Assembly (NCBI GenBank): GCA_016192945.1
Contig: JACPTE010000024.1
Span: 16,001-80,000 of the forward strand
Origin: Candidatus Woesearchaeota archaeon
GTDB lineage: Archaea > Nanobdellota > Nanobdellia > Woesearchaeales > UBA10216
Direction of reading: 5' to 3'
Length of the DNA: 64,000 bases
Position numbers and translations under genes: made by a program. The stretch's first letter is position 1. Each line of letters begins with the position of its first letter. Positions 28,648-38,168 of the stretch are shown in pieces. The notes beneath the pieces were generated by a model. The model was not told the origin of the DNA, made no database searches, and saw only the letters and a program-made list of their open reading frames with translations.

Positions 28648-29081
28648 AAGACCACATTATCTGCGCATGCTGCTTGGTTATTTCTTATGTAAGTGTGTGG
28701 AGGTTGGCCTTGGCCAGCGTAGAGGGGGCTTTCTCTTAATCTGATATCCTTTCTGAAGAGTGCATTATTAAGCGCGGAGTTTACAAGCCTTTCAAGGCTG
28801 CCTGGTGTTGTTCCTGAATCATCCTGAATCGGGTAGGCTGTCACAGTTACCGTATAATCCCTTGAAGGATTAAGTCCTATCATGGACGAAAGTTTAGCTC
28901 CCATTATTGACGCTAAAAAAGAAAGCAGTATTCTTGAATAGCCTATTTTTTCAGCCTCAACTTCTGGCATGTCCATTCCAAGGCCGAAGTATTCTGCCTG
29001 GTCTTGAATATACCGTGCCAGGCTATCTATGTGCGACTGGGTTACAGTGCTTGCCAGGAAAAGCTGAGCTTGGTAATGCAT
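28644..29081 (-). CDS. Hypothetical protein, first gene of the purA-containing transcription unit
   Basis: ORF to 29207. TATA aaaatatataaaac lies inside the long ORF about 24 nt upstream of an internal ATG (MHYQAQ), so a shorter product is likelier. 4 nt overlap with purA. Confidence 0.45.
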   Translation of the reverse strand: MHYQAQLFLASTVTQSHIDSLARYIQDQAEYFGLGMDMPEVEAEKIGYSRILLSFLASIMGAKLSSMIGLNPSRDYTVTVTAYPIQDDSGTTPGSLERLVNSALNNALFRKDIRLRESPLYAGQGQPPHTYIRNNQAACADNVVL

Positions 29082-29173
29082 GCATGTGCAAATTTTTTGT
29101 GTTTTATATATTTTGTCCAAAACCGGCATTATTGAAAACCTCAGTAGCGTGCTCATACATTGAGCCAGATTCG

Positions 29174-29250
29174 GTTCGCTTATGCGAACTTCTTTTCTTT
29201 CCCCCACGCTTACCGAGGGGGAGAAGAAAAGAACCTTTGTTTTACAAAGG
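29174..29250. other. Three tandem hairpins (gttcgc-ttat-gcgaac; 16-bp ttcttttctttccccc/gggggagaagaaaagaa stem; cctttg-tttta-caaagg)
   Basis: Inverted repeats read directly. They overlap the 3' end and stop codon of the 29210-29500 ORF and lie just upstream of the 28644-29081 promoter. Confidence 0.5.
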
Positions 29251-29500
29251 CGAATCTGGCTCTGAATGTGAAGTATATTATCGCGAAAACTGCGTGGATA
29301 AGAACTGAAATGAAGAAGAGCTTCCAGTAGTGGCAGTGCGCGTTGTAGAATTTCTTGTACCAGTCATGCTGCCATAGCCTCTTCTGGAGCGAACTGCCCA
29401 TCAGGCACCTGCATGAGAAAAACACAAGGAACAGCCCTATGATGTTGGTTATCCCAAGCATGAATGTTATTCGTGCTCCGGTTGCAGGCTCTATTAGCAT
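29210..29500 (-). CDS. Small 2-TM membrane protein (hypothetical), last gene of the pyrimidine operon
   Basis: 96 aa. ATG overlaps the pyrF stop. The C-terminus runs through the strong hairpins, so its coding status is uncertain. Confidence 0.35.
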   Translation of the reverse strand: MLIEPATGARITFMLGITNIIGLFLVFFSCRCLMGSSLQKRLWQHDWYKKFYNAHCHYWKLFFISVLIHAVFAIIYFTFRARFAFVKQRFFSSPPR

Positions 29501-30345
29501 CAGATTTCACCTATCTCAGAGTTAATCTCCTTAATTGCCCTTATAGCAGCGCCTGCGAAGTCATCTGTCTGCTGTTTCTCGTATGCATAGTTTATTGAGC
29601 TGCTGCTGTTTATCCTGTGCATTGCCAGGCTGCCATTCCTTCTCAGCACATCTGCAACCTCGTTAGCCAGGCCGCCCTGGGTGCCGACTCCTGGAATGAG
29701 CAGCGGAACCTGCTTGCCTGAATTGGCGAAAAATGAGCTTATTTCAGCAAGCTCTCCTGGGCTGGTTGCTCCTGCAACTGCCCCCAAGCCTTCAATATGC
29801 GAATCCAGCAGCTTCCCGGCTACGTGCATATAAACCTTTTTCCCCTCAGCGCTGAGGTCCTGAAAGTCAGAGGCTCCCTTGTTTGAAGTCCTCACAAGCA
29901 AATAAACGCCCTTTCCCTTGCTGCAGTATCTGAGAAAAGGCTCTATGCTGTCAATGCCCATATATGGGGAAACAGTGACTGCATCTGCCTTCCAGAAGCC
30001 AAAAGCCTCCCTTGCATAAGCTTCGCTGCTGCTTCCAATGTCGCCCCTCTTTGCATCAAGAATCACAGGAATTTTGTGGGATTTCGCGATAACAATTACT
30101 TTCTTAAGCGCCCTTAATCCTGAAAACCCATTCTGTGCAAAGAAGGCATAATTGGGCTTGACAGCAACTGGAACCGAATTATTAGAAACAGCAGCTTCAA
30201 TGATTTCTGAAAAGAACTTTACTATCTTCTTTTCAGAGCTCTGCTCCTTTAAGGGAATCCTCTTGACCACAGGGTCTATTCCCATGCACACTATGCTTTT
30301 TGATTCTTGGGCTTTCTCAACCAGAAGCTCTGTGAACGATTTCAT
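29500..30345 (-). CDS. pyrF: Orotidine-5'-phosphate decarboxylase (long type-2 form)
   Basis: DAKRGDIG motif, (beta/alpha)8 barrel length 281 aa. Confidence 0.9.
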   Translation of the reverse strand: MKSFTELLVEKAQESKSIVCMGIDPVVKRIPLKEQSSEKKIVKFFSEIIEAAVSNNSVPVAVKPNYAFFAQNGFSGLRALKKVIVIAKSHKIPVILDAKRGDIGSSSEAYAREAFGFWKADAVTVSPYMGIDSIEPFLRYCSKGKGVYLLVRTSNKGASDFQDLSAEGKKVYMHVAGKLLDSHIEGLGAVAGATSPGELAEISSFFANSGKQVPLLIPGVGTQGGLANEVADVLRRNGSLAMHRINSSSSINYAYEKQQTDDFAGAAIRAIKEINSEIGEI

Positions 30346-30348
30346 TAT

Positions 30349-30930
30349 TCAGTCAATCTGCTCATCAATCTTTCTTCGCTTGTTTATCTCTGTCAGGAGC
30401 TTTTTTACAAGCGTGTGCGGGTTCTTGTCGTATATGACAGTTGCCCCTGTTTTCTTGTTCATTATCTTGATGAGCTGCCTTAAGTGGTCTGCTATGCCCC
30501 CCGAGCCCTGCATCACGCCTATAATCTGGCCCTCATCATAGGCGATTGTGAACTCATTGAGCGTTCCAACCCTTCCCGCGACTATTATAGTGGCATCGCA
30601 GTTGGTTACGTTCACCACATTCCTGCCCTTGAACCCGAACCCTGTGAATATTATCACATCATAGTTCTTTGTTGGAAACTTGTACCTCTTTGAGTGCTCT
30701 TCAAGGTTTCCTGCTGGCGATATTCCAATCACAAACCCGTCATTATCCTTTGCTCCTCTGGCTGCATCATCAGGGATTCCCTTGCATGCGCCGTTTATGA
30801 GTATGCAGTTGTGCCTGGCGATTTCCCTGCCTAGCTCGTATGCCAGCTTTTTTGCAGGCAAGGTTATTTTGCCCCCTGTGCCGCGCTCAATGGCAGAGCC
30901 CATTATTCCTATTTTGGGTTTCATCTTCAT
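30349..30930 (-). CDS. LOG/TIGR00725-family Rossmann-fold nucleotide-binding protein (putative nucleotide 5'-monophosphate phosphoribohydrolase)
   Basis: KIGIMGSA...GAKDNDGFVIGISP...IIFTGFGFKGRNVVNV...GGIADHL pattern of the LOG/YgdH-like fold. Start taken at internal Met. Confidence 0.7.
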   Translation of the reverse strand: MKMKPKIGIMGSAIERGTGGKITLPAKKLAYELGREIARHNCILINGACKGIPDDAARGAKDNDGFVIGISPAGNLEEHSKRYKFPTKNYDVIIFTGFGFKGRNVVNVTNCDATIIVAGRVGTLNEFTIAYDEGQIIGVMQGSGGIADHLRQLIKIMNKKTGATVIYDKNPHTLVKKLLTEINKRRKIDEQID

Positions 30931-30944
30931 GGCCTCTTTATTCT

Positions 30945-31589
30945 TTATTGTAAATTGTCTTTCTTTGCCCATTCTTCAGGGTTTCTGCTCCATTCAAGGG
31001 CAGTTCGCAGCTCTTCTTTTTTAATATATCCTTTTTCTGCTGCAATTTCCACCAGAATGCTGAAATTGCATAGGGAATTCAGCTTGCAGTTCTGGCTGTC
31101 AAAGCCTTTCCTGGCAGCCTCCATTCCATATGTGAATATGGCAATGCAGTTTTCAACAACAGCGCCCTCCTTTCTTGCGGCAGCAACAGCTGACAATGAG
31201 CTGCCGCCTGTGCTTATCAAATCCTCAATAACCAGGACTTTCTGGCCCTGGGAAACCTTGCCTTCAATCAGGTTTTCCCTGCCGTGGTCTTTTGCTTCCT
31301 TCCTGACATATATCATGGGCTTCTTCAGCTTTTCGGCAACAAGAGCAGCCCACGGGATGCTTGCAGTTGCAACACCTGCAATGACATCAGCCTCAACATT
31401 CTCCTTCCTGATTTTTTTCACAAAATACACTGCAATTGCAGAGCGCTCTGCAGGCATGGAGAGCAGCAGCCTGTTATCGCAATACACAGGGCTTAAGATT
31501 CCTGAAACAAACTTGAATGGATTTGAAGGCCTGAGGATAATGGCATTTGATTTCAGCAATATTTCAGCAACTTTCTTTTCATCAGACAT
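30945..31589 (-). CDS. pyrE: Orotate phosphoribosyltransferase
   Basis: VLVIEDLISTGGS PRTase motif. N-terminus MSDEKKVAEILLKSNAI. Confidence 0.9.
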   Translation of the reverse strand: MSDEKKVAEILLKSNAIILRPSNPFKFVSGILSPVYCDNRLLLSMPAERSAIAVYFVKKIRKENVEADVIAGVATASIPWAALVAEKLKKPMIYVRKEAKDHGRENLIEGKVSQGQKVLVIEDLISTGGSSLSAVAAARKEGAVVENCIAIFTYGMEAARKGFDSQNCKLNSLCNFSILVEIAAEKGYIKKEELRTALEWSRNPEEWAKKDNLQ

Positions 31590-32898
31590 CAAAATCAGCC
31601 TCTTTTCCAGGGCTATTACTGGCAATTTCGCCGTTATTGAAGACCAGCCTTCCGCAGACAATGGTGTGAGTTACTGCTCCCTTCAGTTTCCACCCGTTGA
31701 ATGGTGACCATCCGCATTTCGTGAAAAGTTCATCGTTTTTTATTGTTTTTGTTTTTTTCATGTCAACAATCGTGAAGTCCCCGTCAAAGCCCTGCTCAAT
31801 CCTTCCCTTGCCTCTTATTCCAAAAACAGAGGCAGGGCTTGATGAAGCCAGCTCAACAAGCTTTTGCAGTGAAAGCGCATTCCTGTTCACGGCATCCAGC
31901 ATAAGGGGCATCATTGTCTCAAGCCCTGGCATTCCGGAAGGGGCGTGCCAGTAATCCTGCTCTTTTTCTTCCCTCAGGTGGGGAGCGTGGTCTGTTGCCA
32001 CCATGTCAATAGTGCCGTCGTTAATGTATTTCCAAAGCTCTGAAATTTCCTTTTCACTCCTCAAAGGAGGATTGACCTTGGCATAATTCCCTAGTTTAGA
32101 GGCCTTTTCAGCAGAAAGGAAAAGATGATGGGGCGTGACTTCGCAGGACAGGGTCATTGAACTTTTGTTTGCCTTTACAGCAGAAGCCTCTCCTGCAGTG
32201 CTGATATGGCAGATGTGCAGCCTTGCACTTTTCTTTTTGGCAATTGAAATGGCGCGCTCAACCTCTGATTTTGCCAGCCTGCTGTCCCTTATTTTGAGGT
32301 GAAATGAAGGAATGTCCCTTATGCATTCATTCCTGTATGCTTTGATATTCCTTTTGATGGCATCCTCGTTCTCTGCATGGGCAGCAATCCTTCTTCCAGC
32401 GCCGAAAATCCCCTCAAGCTGGCTCTCGCCAGTGACAAGCAAATCGCCTGTTGAAGAGCCCATGTAAACCTTCAGGGCAGCAATGTTCCCTGCCTTTTTA
32501 ATCTCGCCAAGATTGCTGGTTGCTGCACCGAAATGGAAGCCGAAGTTGACGATGCATCTCTCAGAAGCTATCCTTCTTTTCTCGTCAAGCAGTTTTACAG
32601 AAGTAGTCGGGGGGCTTGAGTTGGGCATGTCAATGAATGTTGTAACGCCGCCTGCTGCTGCAGCCATGCTGGCAGAGCGGAAGTCCTCTTTCCCTGTGAG
32701 CCCGGGCTCCCTGCAATGGACATGGGCATCAATAACTCCGGGGAGGGCAATATTTCCGCGGGCGTCAACAATCTCATCAGAGGATTTTATTGATGATGGT
32801 GCGCTTATCTTTTCTATTTTCCCAAGCTCATTAACAAGTATTCCCTTATTTTCAAGCCTGTCACCAACAAGAATTTTGCAGTTTTTTAATAACAACAT
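31582..32898 (-). CDS. pyrC: Dihydroorotase
   Basis: DAHVHCREPG...ATDHAPH metal-binding motifs. Confidence 0.92.
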   Translation of the reverse strand: MLLLKNCKILVGDRLENKGILVNELGKIEKISAPSSIKSSDEIVDARGNIALPGVIDAHVHCREPGLTGKEDFRSASMAAAAGGVTTFIDMPNSSPPTTSVKLLDEKRRIASERCIVNFGFHFGAATSNLGEIKKAGNIAALKVYMGSSTGDLLVTGESQLEGIFGAGRRIAAHAENEDAIKRNIKAYRNECIRDIPSFHLKIRDSRLAKSEVERAISIAKKKSARLHICHISTAGEASAVKANKSSMTLSCEVTPHHLFLSAEKASKLGNYAKVNPPLRSEKEISELWKYINDGTIDMVATDHAPHLREEKEQDYWHAPSGMPGLETMMPLMLDAVNRNALSLQKLVELASSSPASVFGIRGKGRIEQGFDGDFTIVDMKKTKTIKNDELFTKCGWSPFNGWKLKGAVTHTIVCGRLVFNNGEIASNSPGKEADFDV

Positions 32899-32905
32899 GG
32901 CAATC

Positions 32906-33712
32906 CTAAAGCTTTTCCTTCCTGCTGCTCTTGACTCTGTGATAGCTGCCTAGCTCTGAAATTTTAGCTGCCTGTGCGCTGCTGATGACTGGCCCTTCAG
33001 CACAGGCCCTGATTCCGATTGGGTCAACGCAGCAATGGCCGCACAATCCAAACCCGCATTTCATGTAACGCTCGATGCTGACTTCACAATCAATTTTGTT
33101 TTCATTGCAGATATCCGAAACTGCCTTAAGCATCCTGTCAGGGCCGCAGGCATAAACCCTGTCCACTTTTTGGGCTTTGAACAAATTTTTCAGTGCGTCA
33201 GTCACAAATCCCTTGATGCCTGCACTTCCGTCATCTGTTGTAATTATTAAATTTCCGCTTCCCAGTAATTTTTTTATGCGGTCAGCATAAACAAGCCTTG
33301 CTTTGGAGCGGGCGCCAAGTATGAATTTGACATTGCAGCCTTTTGACACTGCCTCTTCTGCAAGCATGGTAAGCGACGCAGAACCATAGCCTCCGCCAGC
33401 CATGACCAGTTGTTTTGAATTTTTTCCAAGATTATACCCCCTTCCGTATGGCCCCCTGATGCCTACTTTGTCGCCTTCCTTCATTGAGGAAAGCCTGTTT
33501 GAAAAGGGGCCGACTGCAGCAACAGTCAATCCAATCTCGCCTTTTTTCTGGTCGGAATAGCTGACAGCAAATGGCTTTTCATCAATTCCCGGAATCCAGA
33601 GCATTACAAACTGGCCTGGCTTTGCAACCATAGAATGTCTGAGGAAAATGGTTTTTATCCCCTCAGCTTCATCCTTGATTCCCGAAATCCGGATTATTTT
33701 TGGCCTTTCCAT
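32906..33712 (-). CDS. pyrK: Dihydroorotate dehydrogenase electron-transfer subunit (FAD / [2Fe-2S])
   Basis: CGFGLCGHCCVD cluster motif. Ferredoxin-reductase fold. Confidence 0.9.
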   Translation of the reverse strand: MERPKIIRISGIKDEAEGIKTIFLRHSMVAKPGQFVMLWIPGIDEKPFAVSYSDQKKGEIGLTVAAVGPFSNRLSSMKEGDKVGIRGPYGRGYNLGKNSKQLVMAGGGYGSASLTMLAEEAVSKGCNVKFILGARSKARLVYADRIKKLLGSGNLIITTDDGSAGIKGFVTDALKNLFKAQKVDRVYACGPDRMLKAVSDICNENKIDCEVSIERYMKCGFGLCGHCCVDPIGIRACAEGPVISSAQAAKISELGSYHRVKSSRKEKL

Positions 33713-33727
33713 TTTAAGTATCGTAAA

Positions 33728-34651
33728 TTATTTATGGGCAGCTCCTACCATTTCTTTTATTGATGAGTAGCCATTCCTTTGCATTATTTCCTCCATTTCA
33801 GCTGTTACCTTCCTGAAGACATCAATGCCCCTGTAATAAATGCCGGTTCCTATCTCAACAGCGCAGGCACCTGCCATTATGAACTCAACAGCATCCTCGC
33901 CTGTTGTGACTCCGCCAATGCCGATTATAGGAACCTTAACAGCCTTGTGGATTTCATAAACGCAGTTGACAGCCACAGGCTTTAATGCAGGGCCGCTGAC
34001 CCCTCCCTGCCTGTTATGCAGGACAGGCCTTGCGACATCAACATTGATGACCATCCCCGGCATCGTATTTATTGCTGAAATTGCATCAGCACCCGCTTCA
34101 ACAACTGCCCTCGCAACTTTCTTTATGTCCGGGACATTGGGAGCCAGCTTTGCAATAATTGGAACTTTTGTTTTTGACTTTACAATACGTATGACCTCGG
34201 CAGCCGCTTTCTCATTCAAGGCAAAAGCCTCGCCGAAATCACTCGCAGTATTAGGGCAGGACAGGTTAATTTCCAGCATCTGAGGATTCAGCGTTGAAAG
34301 CCTTTCAGCAACATAGCCGAATTCCTCTTTCGTGCCTCCAAAAAGGCTGGGAAAAACAGGAACGCCTGCGTTTTTCATCGCAAACTCTATTTCACCAAGG
34401 CTGTTGTCAACGCCGGAATTGGGAAGCCCCACAGCGTTAAGGAAACCCTTGTCAAACTCCACAAGAACAGGGTTTGCGTGCCCTTCCCTTTCTTTGGGAC
34501 CCAATGATTTGGGAACAATGGCACCAGCACCTTTCTTTGCCGCATAAACACAGGCAGCGCCTGATACTCCCATCACTCCGGAAGCAAGAATAGTGGGGTT
34601 TGAAAGCCTTATGTTCAGTATTTTCGTGCTGAGGTCAATTTGCATTTTCAT
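33728..34651 (-). CDS. pyrD: Dihydroorotate dehydrogenase catalytic subunit (class 1B)
   Basis: NPTILASGVMG...GLPNSG...GGV.TGEDA motifs. Confidence 0.92.
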   Translation of the reverse strand: MKMQIDLSTKILNIRLSNPTILASGVMGVSGAACVYAAKKGAGAIVPKSLGPKEREGHANPVLVEFDKGFLNAVGLPNSGVDNSLGEIEFAMKNAGVPVFPSLFGGTKEEFGYVAERLSTLNPQMLEINLSCPNTASDFGEAFALNEKAAAEVIRIVKSKTKVPIIAKLAPNVPDIKKVARAVVEAGADAISAINTMPGMVINVDVARPVLHNRQGGVSGPALKPVAVNCVYEIHKAVKVPIIGIGGVTTGEDAVEFIMAGACAVEIGTGIYYRGIDVFRKVTAEMEEIMQRNGYSSIKEMVGAAHK

Positions 34652-34662
34652 CCTTATAACAG

Positions 34663-34947
34663 TTAAAGTACTTCTCTTGCAGTTTGTAGTGCTCTTTTGA
34701 CATCTTCCTTTTCCAGGTTTAGGTCAACATTGTGCTCACCAAGCAGGTCAATGAACTCACTCAAAACAACACCTGCAAGCTTTGCGCCAAGCCCTAAGCT
34801 TACCTTTTTCATCTTGTAGAGTTCGACTGCTTTTTCCTTTTTCCCCGATTCCACAAGATTCCTGACTACTTCTGAACGATTCTTCTTCAAAACCCTGCTG
34901 AAATTGTCAAGCAGTTCAGTATCCGGCCTTGCAGAGATGATTTTCAT
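34663..34947 (-). CDS. Small UPF0175-like protein (antitoxin-like HTH), orphan
   Basis: 94 aa. VSLGLGAKLAGVVLSEFIDLLGEHNVDL resembles the UPF0175 C-terminal motif. No PIN partner nearby. Family assignment from memory. Confidence 0.45.
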   Translation of the reverse strand: MKIISARPDTELLDNFSRVLKKNRSEVVRNLVESGKKEKAVELYKMKKVSLGLGAKLAGVVLSEFIDLLGEHNVDLNLEKEDVKRALQTAREVL

Positions 34948-34979
34948 CTTATTGAACCATATAAATGTTTCTTAGTATA

Positions 34980-37900
34980 TCAATACTCATCCCGCGGCTT
35001 GATTTCCAGTTCAGACTCCTTCACTGAAGTTATTGCCTCTGCCAGCATTCTTGCCAGCTGGAGGTTTGTGATAAGCGGGATTGAAAAGTCAGCCGCCTTT
35101 CTCCTTATGACATATTCATCATCCAATTCTTCCTGTGTGAAAGCGCTTGGAATGTTAATCACCAGCTCAAGCTTGTTGCCATTGGTTCCGTTCAGGAACT
35201 CAATAATGTTAGGGCTCTTGTTCTCGTGAACCTTGTATAGAATGGTTGAGCTTATTCCATTTTCCCCCAGGAATAATCCTGTGTGCTCAGTTGAAAACAG
35301 CTTGAATCCTGCATTGTCAAGGATTTTAGCGAATGGCAGGAACTTATACCTTGATTTGTCACCGCCAATGCTTACAAGGATATTCTTCTTTGGAAGCTTT
35401 GAGCCTGCTGCAATTATCGCCTTCAGATATGCATCATAAACGTTCTTTCCAAGGCAGGCTACTTCGCCGGTAGAAGCCATCTCAACGCTTGCAATGGGGT
35501 CGGCGCCTTTAAGCCTTGCAAAGGAAAACTGGGGGGATTTGACTCCTGCAAAAGAAACTCCTGCAGATGCATCTCCGTGGTCTTCATGTGATTTTCCAGC
35601 AATCACGTTTGTAGAAATCTCGGCAAAATTCTTCCCGGAAATCTTGGAAACAAAAGGAAAGCTCCTTGAAGCGCGCAAGTTGCATTCTATGACCTTTATT
35701 TCATTGTCTCTTGCAAGGAACTGTATGTTAAAAGGCCCTGTGATTTTCAATTCTGAAGCGATTCTTCTTGCAATATCCTCAATCTGCCTTGAGGTTTCAG
35801 TGTATATTTTCTTGGCAGGGAAAACCATTGTAGCGTCTCCGGAATGTGTGCCTGCGTTCTCAATGTGCTCTGTGACTGCAAACAGGGTTATCTTCCCGTT
35901 GTCAGCGACTGCATCAAGCTCAATTTCCTTTGCATTGATTATGAACTTGCTTATCACAACAGGATACTCGCTGCTGACTTTGGAAGCCTTTGTAAGGTAA
36001 AGCTCAAGGTCATTGTCGTTGAAGGCGATGTTCATTGCAGCGCCGCTCAGCACGTAAGAGGGGCGGACAAGCACGGGGTATCCTGCATTTTTTGCAAACT
36101 CTGTCGCATCATTTATGTTTGTAAGCTCTTTCCATTTTGGCTGGTCAATGTTCAGCTTGTCAAGCATCTTTGAGAATTTCTGCCTGTCTTCAGCCCTGTC
36201 AATGCTTTCAGCGCTTGTGCCGAGAATTTTCACTCCGGCAGAAGAAAGCTTCATTGCAATGTTGTTTGGAATCTGGCCGCCCATTGAGATAATCACGCCT
36301 TCTGGCTGCTCCAGCCCATAAATGTCCATCACAGTTTCAGCGCTTATTTCGTCAAAATAAAGCTTGTCGCAGACATCATAATCAGTGCTGACAGTCTCCG
36401 GATTATAGTTAATCATAATGGTTTCATATCCGATATTTCTCAATGCCCTGACTGAATTCACACAGCACCAGTCAAACTCAACCGAGCTGCCTATCCTGTA
36501 AACACCAGAGCCGATGACAATCACTTTCTTTTTTTTGCTTATGAAATCAATGTCATGCTCAGTTGCGTTATAAGTGAAGTACAGGTAGTTTGTTACAGCA
36601 GGATATTCAGCAGCGAGAGTGTCTATCTGCTTTACAAACGGGACAATATTGTTTTCTTTTCTTATCTGCCTTATTTCTGAAAAAGGAACGCCTGTGATTA
36701 CTGAAATCTGTTTGTCGCTGAAACCCTGCTTTTTGGCTCTTTCCAGAATTTCTGGAGCAGGCCCGTATGAAATCAGCTGTTTTTCAGTCTCTATTACATT
36801 CGCGATTTTATGAAGGAACCATTTGCCAATTCCGGTTTTTTTATGGATTAGCTCTATTGAATAGCCTTCCATTAAGGCCTGGACAACAGCGAACAAACGC
36901 TCATCAGTTGGAGACTCAAGCTCCTTATCCACATCATATGAAAAATCATTCCCAACCAGCCCGTGCGCACGGATGTCAAGCATCCTTACAGCTTTCTGGA
37001 TTGCCTCCTCAAAAGTCCTTCCAATCGCCATGACTTCTCCAACGCTTTTCATAGAGCTGCCTATATTTCTTGAAACATGCCTGAACTTCTTCAGGTCCCA
37101 TCTGGGGATTTTTACGACAACATAGTCAAGTGCCGGCTCAAAGCATGCTACAGTCTTCTGAGTGATTGAATTTTTTATTTCAGCCAGCGAATATCCCAGC
37201 GCCAGTTTTGCAGCGACAAAAGCAAGAGGGTAGCCAGTTGCCTTTGAAGCAAGGGCAGAACTCCTTGAAAGCCGGGCATTCACTTCTATAATCCTGTAAT
37301 CGTCAGACTCCTTGCCCAACGCATACTGGATATTGCATTCCCCAACAATGCCCAGGTGCCTAATCAGCTTAATGGAAATCTCGCGCAGATTGTGGTATTC
37401 TTTGTTGTCCAATGTCTGTGAAGGCGCAACCACGATGCTATCGCCTGTATGGATGCCCATTGGGTCAAGATTTTCCATGTTGCAGACAGTGATGCAATTG
37501 TCATATGCATCCCGAACAACTTCATATTCAATTTCCTTCCAGTGCTCAAGATACTCTTCAACCAAAATCTGGGGGGAATTTGAAAAAGCCTGCGCTGCAG
37601 TCTCAATAATGTCGGAATCATTCCTGCAGAGGCCGCTGCCCAACCCGCCGAGGGCATAAGCTGCCCTTATCATCACAGGATAGCCAAGCTTGTTTGCTGC
37701 AGTGATTGCATCAGCTATTTTGTTGACTGCATGGCTTTTGGGCGTTTTCAGGCCTATTTCACTTAATTTTTTCACAAACAATTCACGGTCTTCAGTTGCC
37801 TTTATTGCTTCAACAGGCGTGCCGAGGACCTTCACTCCGTATTTCCCAAGAACGCCAGAATCATGCAAGGCAACGCCGCAGTTTAATGCAGTCTGGCCTC

Positions 37901-38168
37901 CGAAGCCCAATAAAATGCCTTCTGGCCTTTCCTTCTTGATTATTTTTTCTACAAATTCTGGAGTGATTGGAAGAAAATATACCTTATCTGCCATTTTCTC
38001 GTCGGATTGGACTGTGGCAATGTTCGCATTTACAAGCACTACTTCTATGCCCTCCTCGCGCAAACTTTTCTCGGCTTGTGCTCCACTATAGTCAAATTCT
38101 CCTCCTTGACCAATGGAAAGGGCTCCAGATCCCAATATCAATATTTTTTTTATTTCAGTTTTTTCCAT
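34980..38168 (-). CDS. carB: Carbamoyl-phosphate synthase large subunit
   Basis: 1062 aa, two ATP-grasp repeats, N-terminus MEKTEIKKILILGSGALSIGQGGEFDYSG. Confidence 0.95.
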   Translation of the reverse strand: MEKTEIKKILILGSGALSIGQGGEFDYSGAQAEKSLREEGIEVVLVNANIATVQSDEKMADKVYFLPITPEFVEKIIKKERPEGILLGFGGQTALNCGVALHDSGVLGKYGVKVLGTPVEAIKATEDRELFVKKLSEIGLKTPKSHAVNKIADAITAANKLGYPVMIRAAYALGGLGSGLCRNDSDIIETAAQAFSNSPQILVEEYLEHWKEIEYEVVRDAYDNCITVCNMENLDPMGIHTGDSIVVAPSQTLDNKEYHNLREISIKLIRHLGIVGECNIQYALGKESDDYRIIEVNARLSRSSALASKATGYPLAFVAAKLALGYSLAEIKNSITQKTVACFEPALDYVVVKIPRWDLKKFRHVSRNIGSSMKSVGEVMAIGRTFEEAIQKAVRMLDIRAHGLVGNDFSYDVDKELESPTDERLFAVVQALMEGYSIELIHKKTGIGKWFLHKIANVIETEKQLISYGPAPEILERAKKQGFSDKQISVITGVPFSEIRQIRKENNIVPFVKQIDTLAAEYPAVTNYLYFTYNATEHDIDFISKKKKVIVIGSGVYRIGSSVEFDWCCVNSVRALRNIGYETIMINYNPETVSTDYDVCDKLYFDEISAETVMDIYGLEQPEGVIISMGGQIPNNIAMKLSSAGVKILGTSAESIDRAEDRQKFSKMLDKLNIDQPKWKELTNINDATEFAKNAGYPVLVRPSYVLSGAAMNIAFNDNDLELYLTKASKVSSEYPVVISKFIINAKEIELDAVADNGKITLFAVTEHIENAGTHSGDATMVFPAKKIYTETSRQIEDIARRIASELKITGPFNIQFLARDNEIKVIECNLRASRSFPFVSKISGKNFAEISTNVIAGKSHEDHGDASAGVSFAGVKSPQFSFARLKGADPIASVEMASTGEVACLGKNVYDAYLKAIIAAGSKLPKKNILVSIGGDKSRYKFLPFAKILDNAGFKLFSTEHTGLFLGENGISSTILYKVHENKSPNIIEFLNGTNGNKLELVINIPSAFTQEELDDEYVIRRKAADFSIPLITNLQLARMLAEAITSVKESELEIKPRDEY

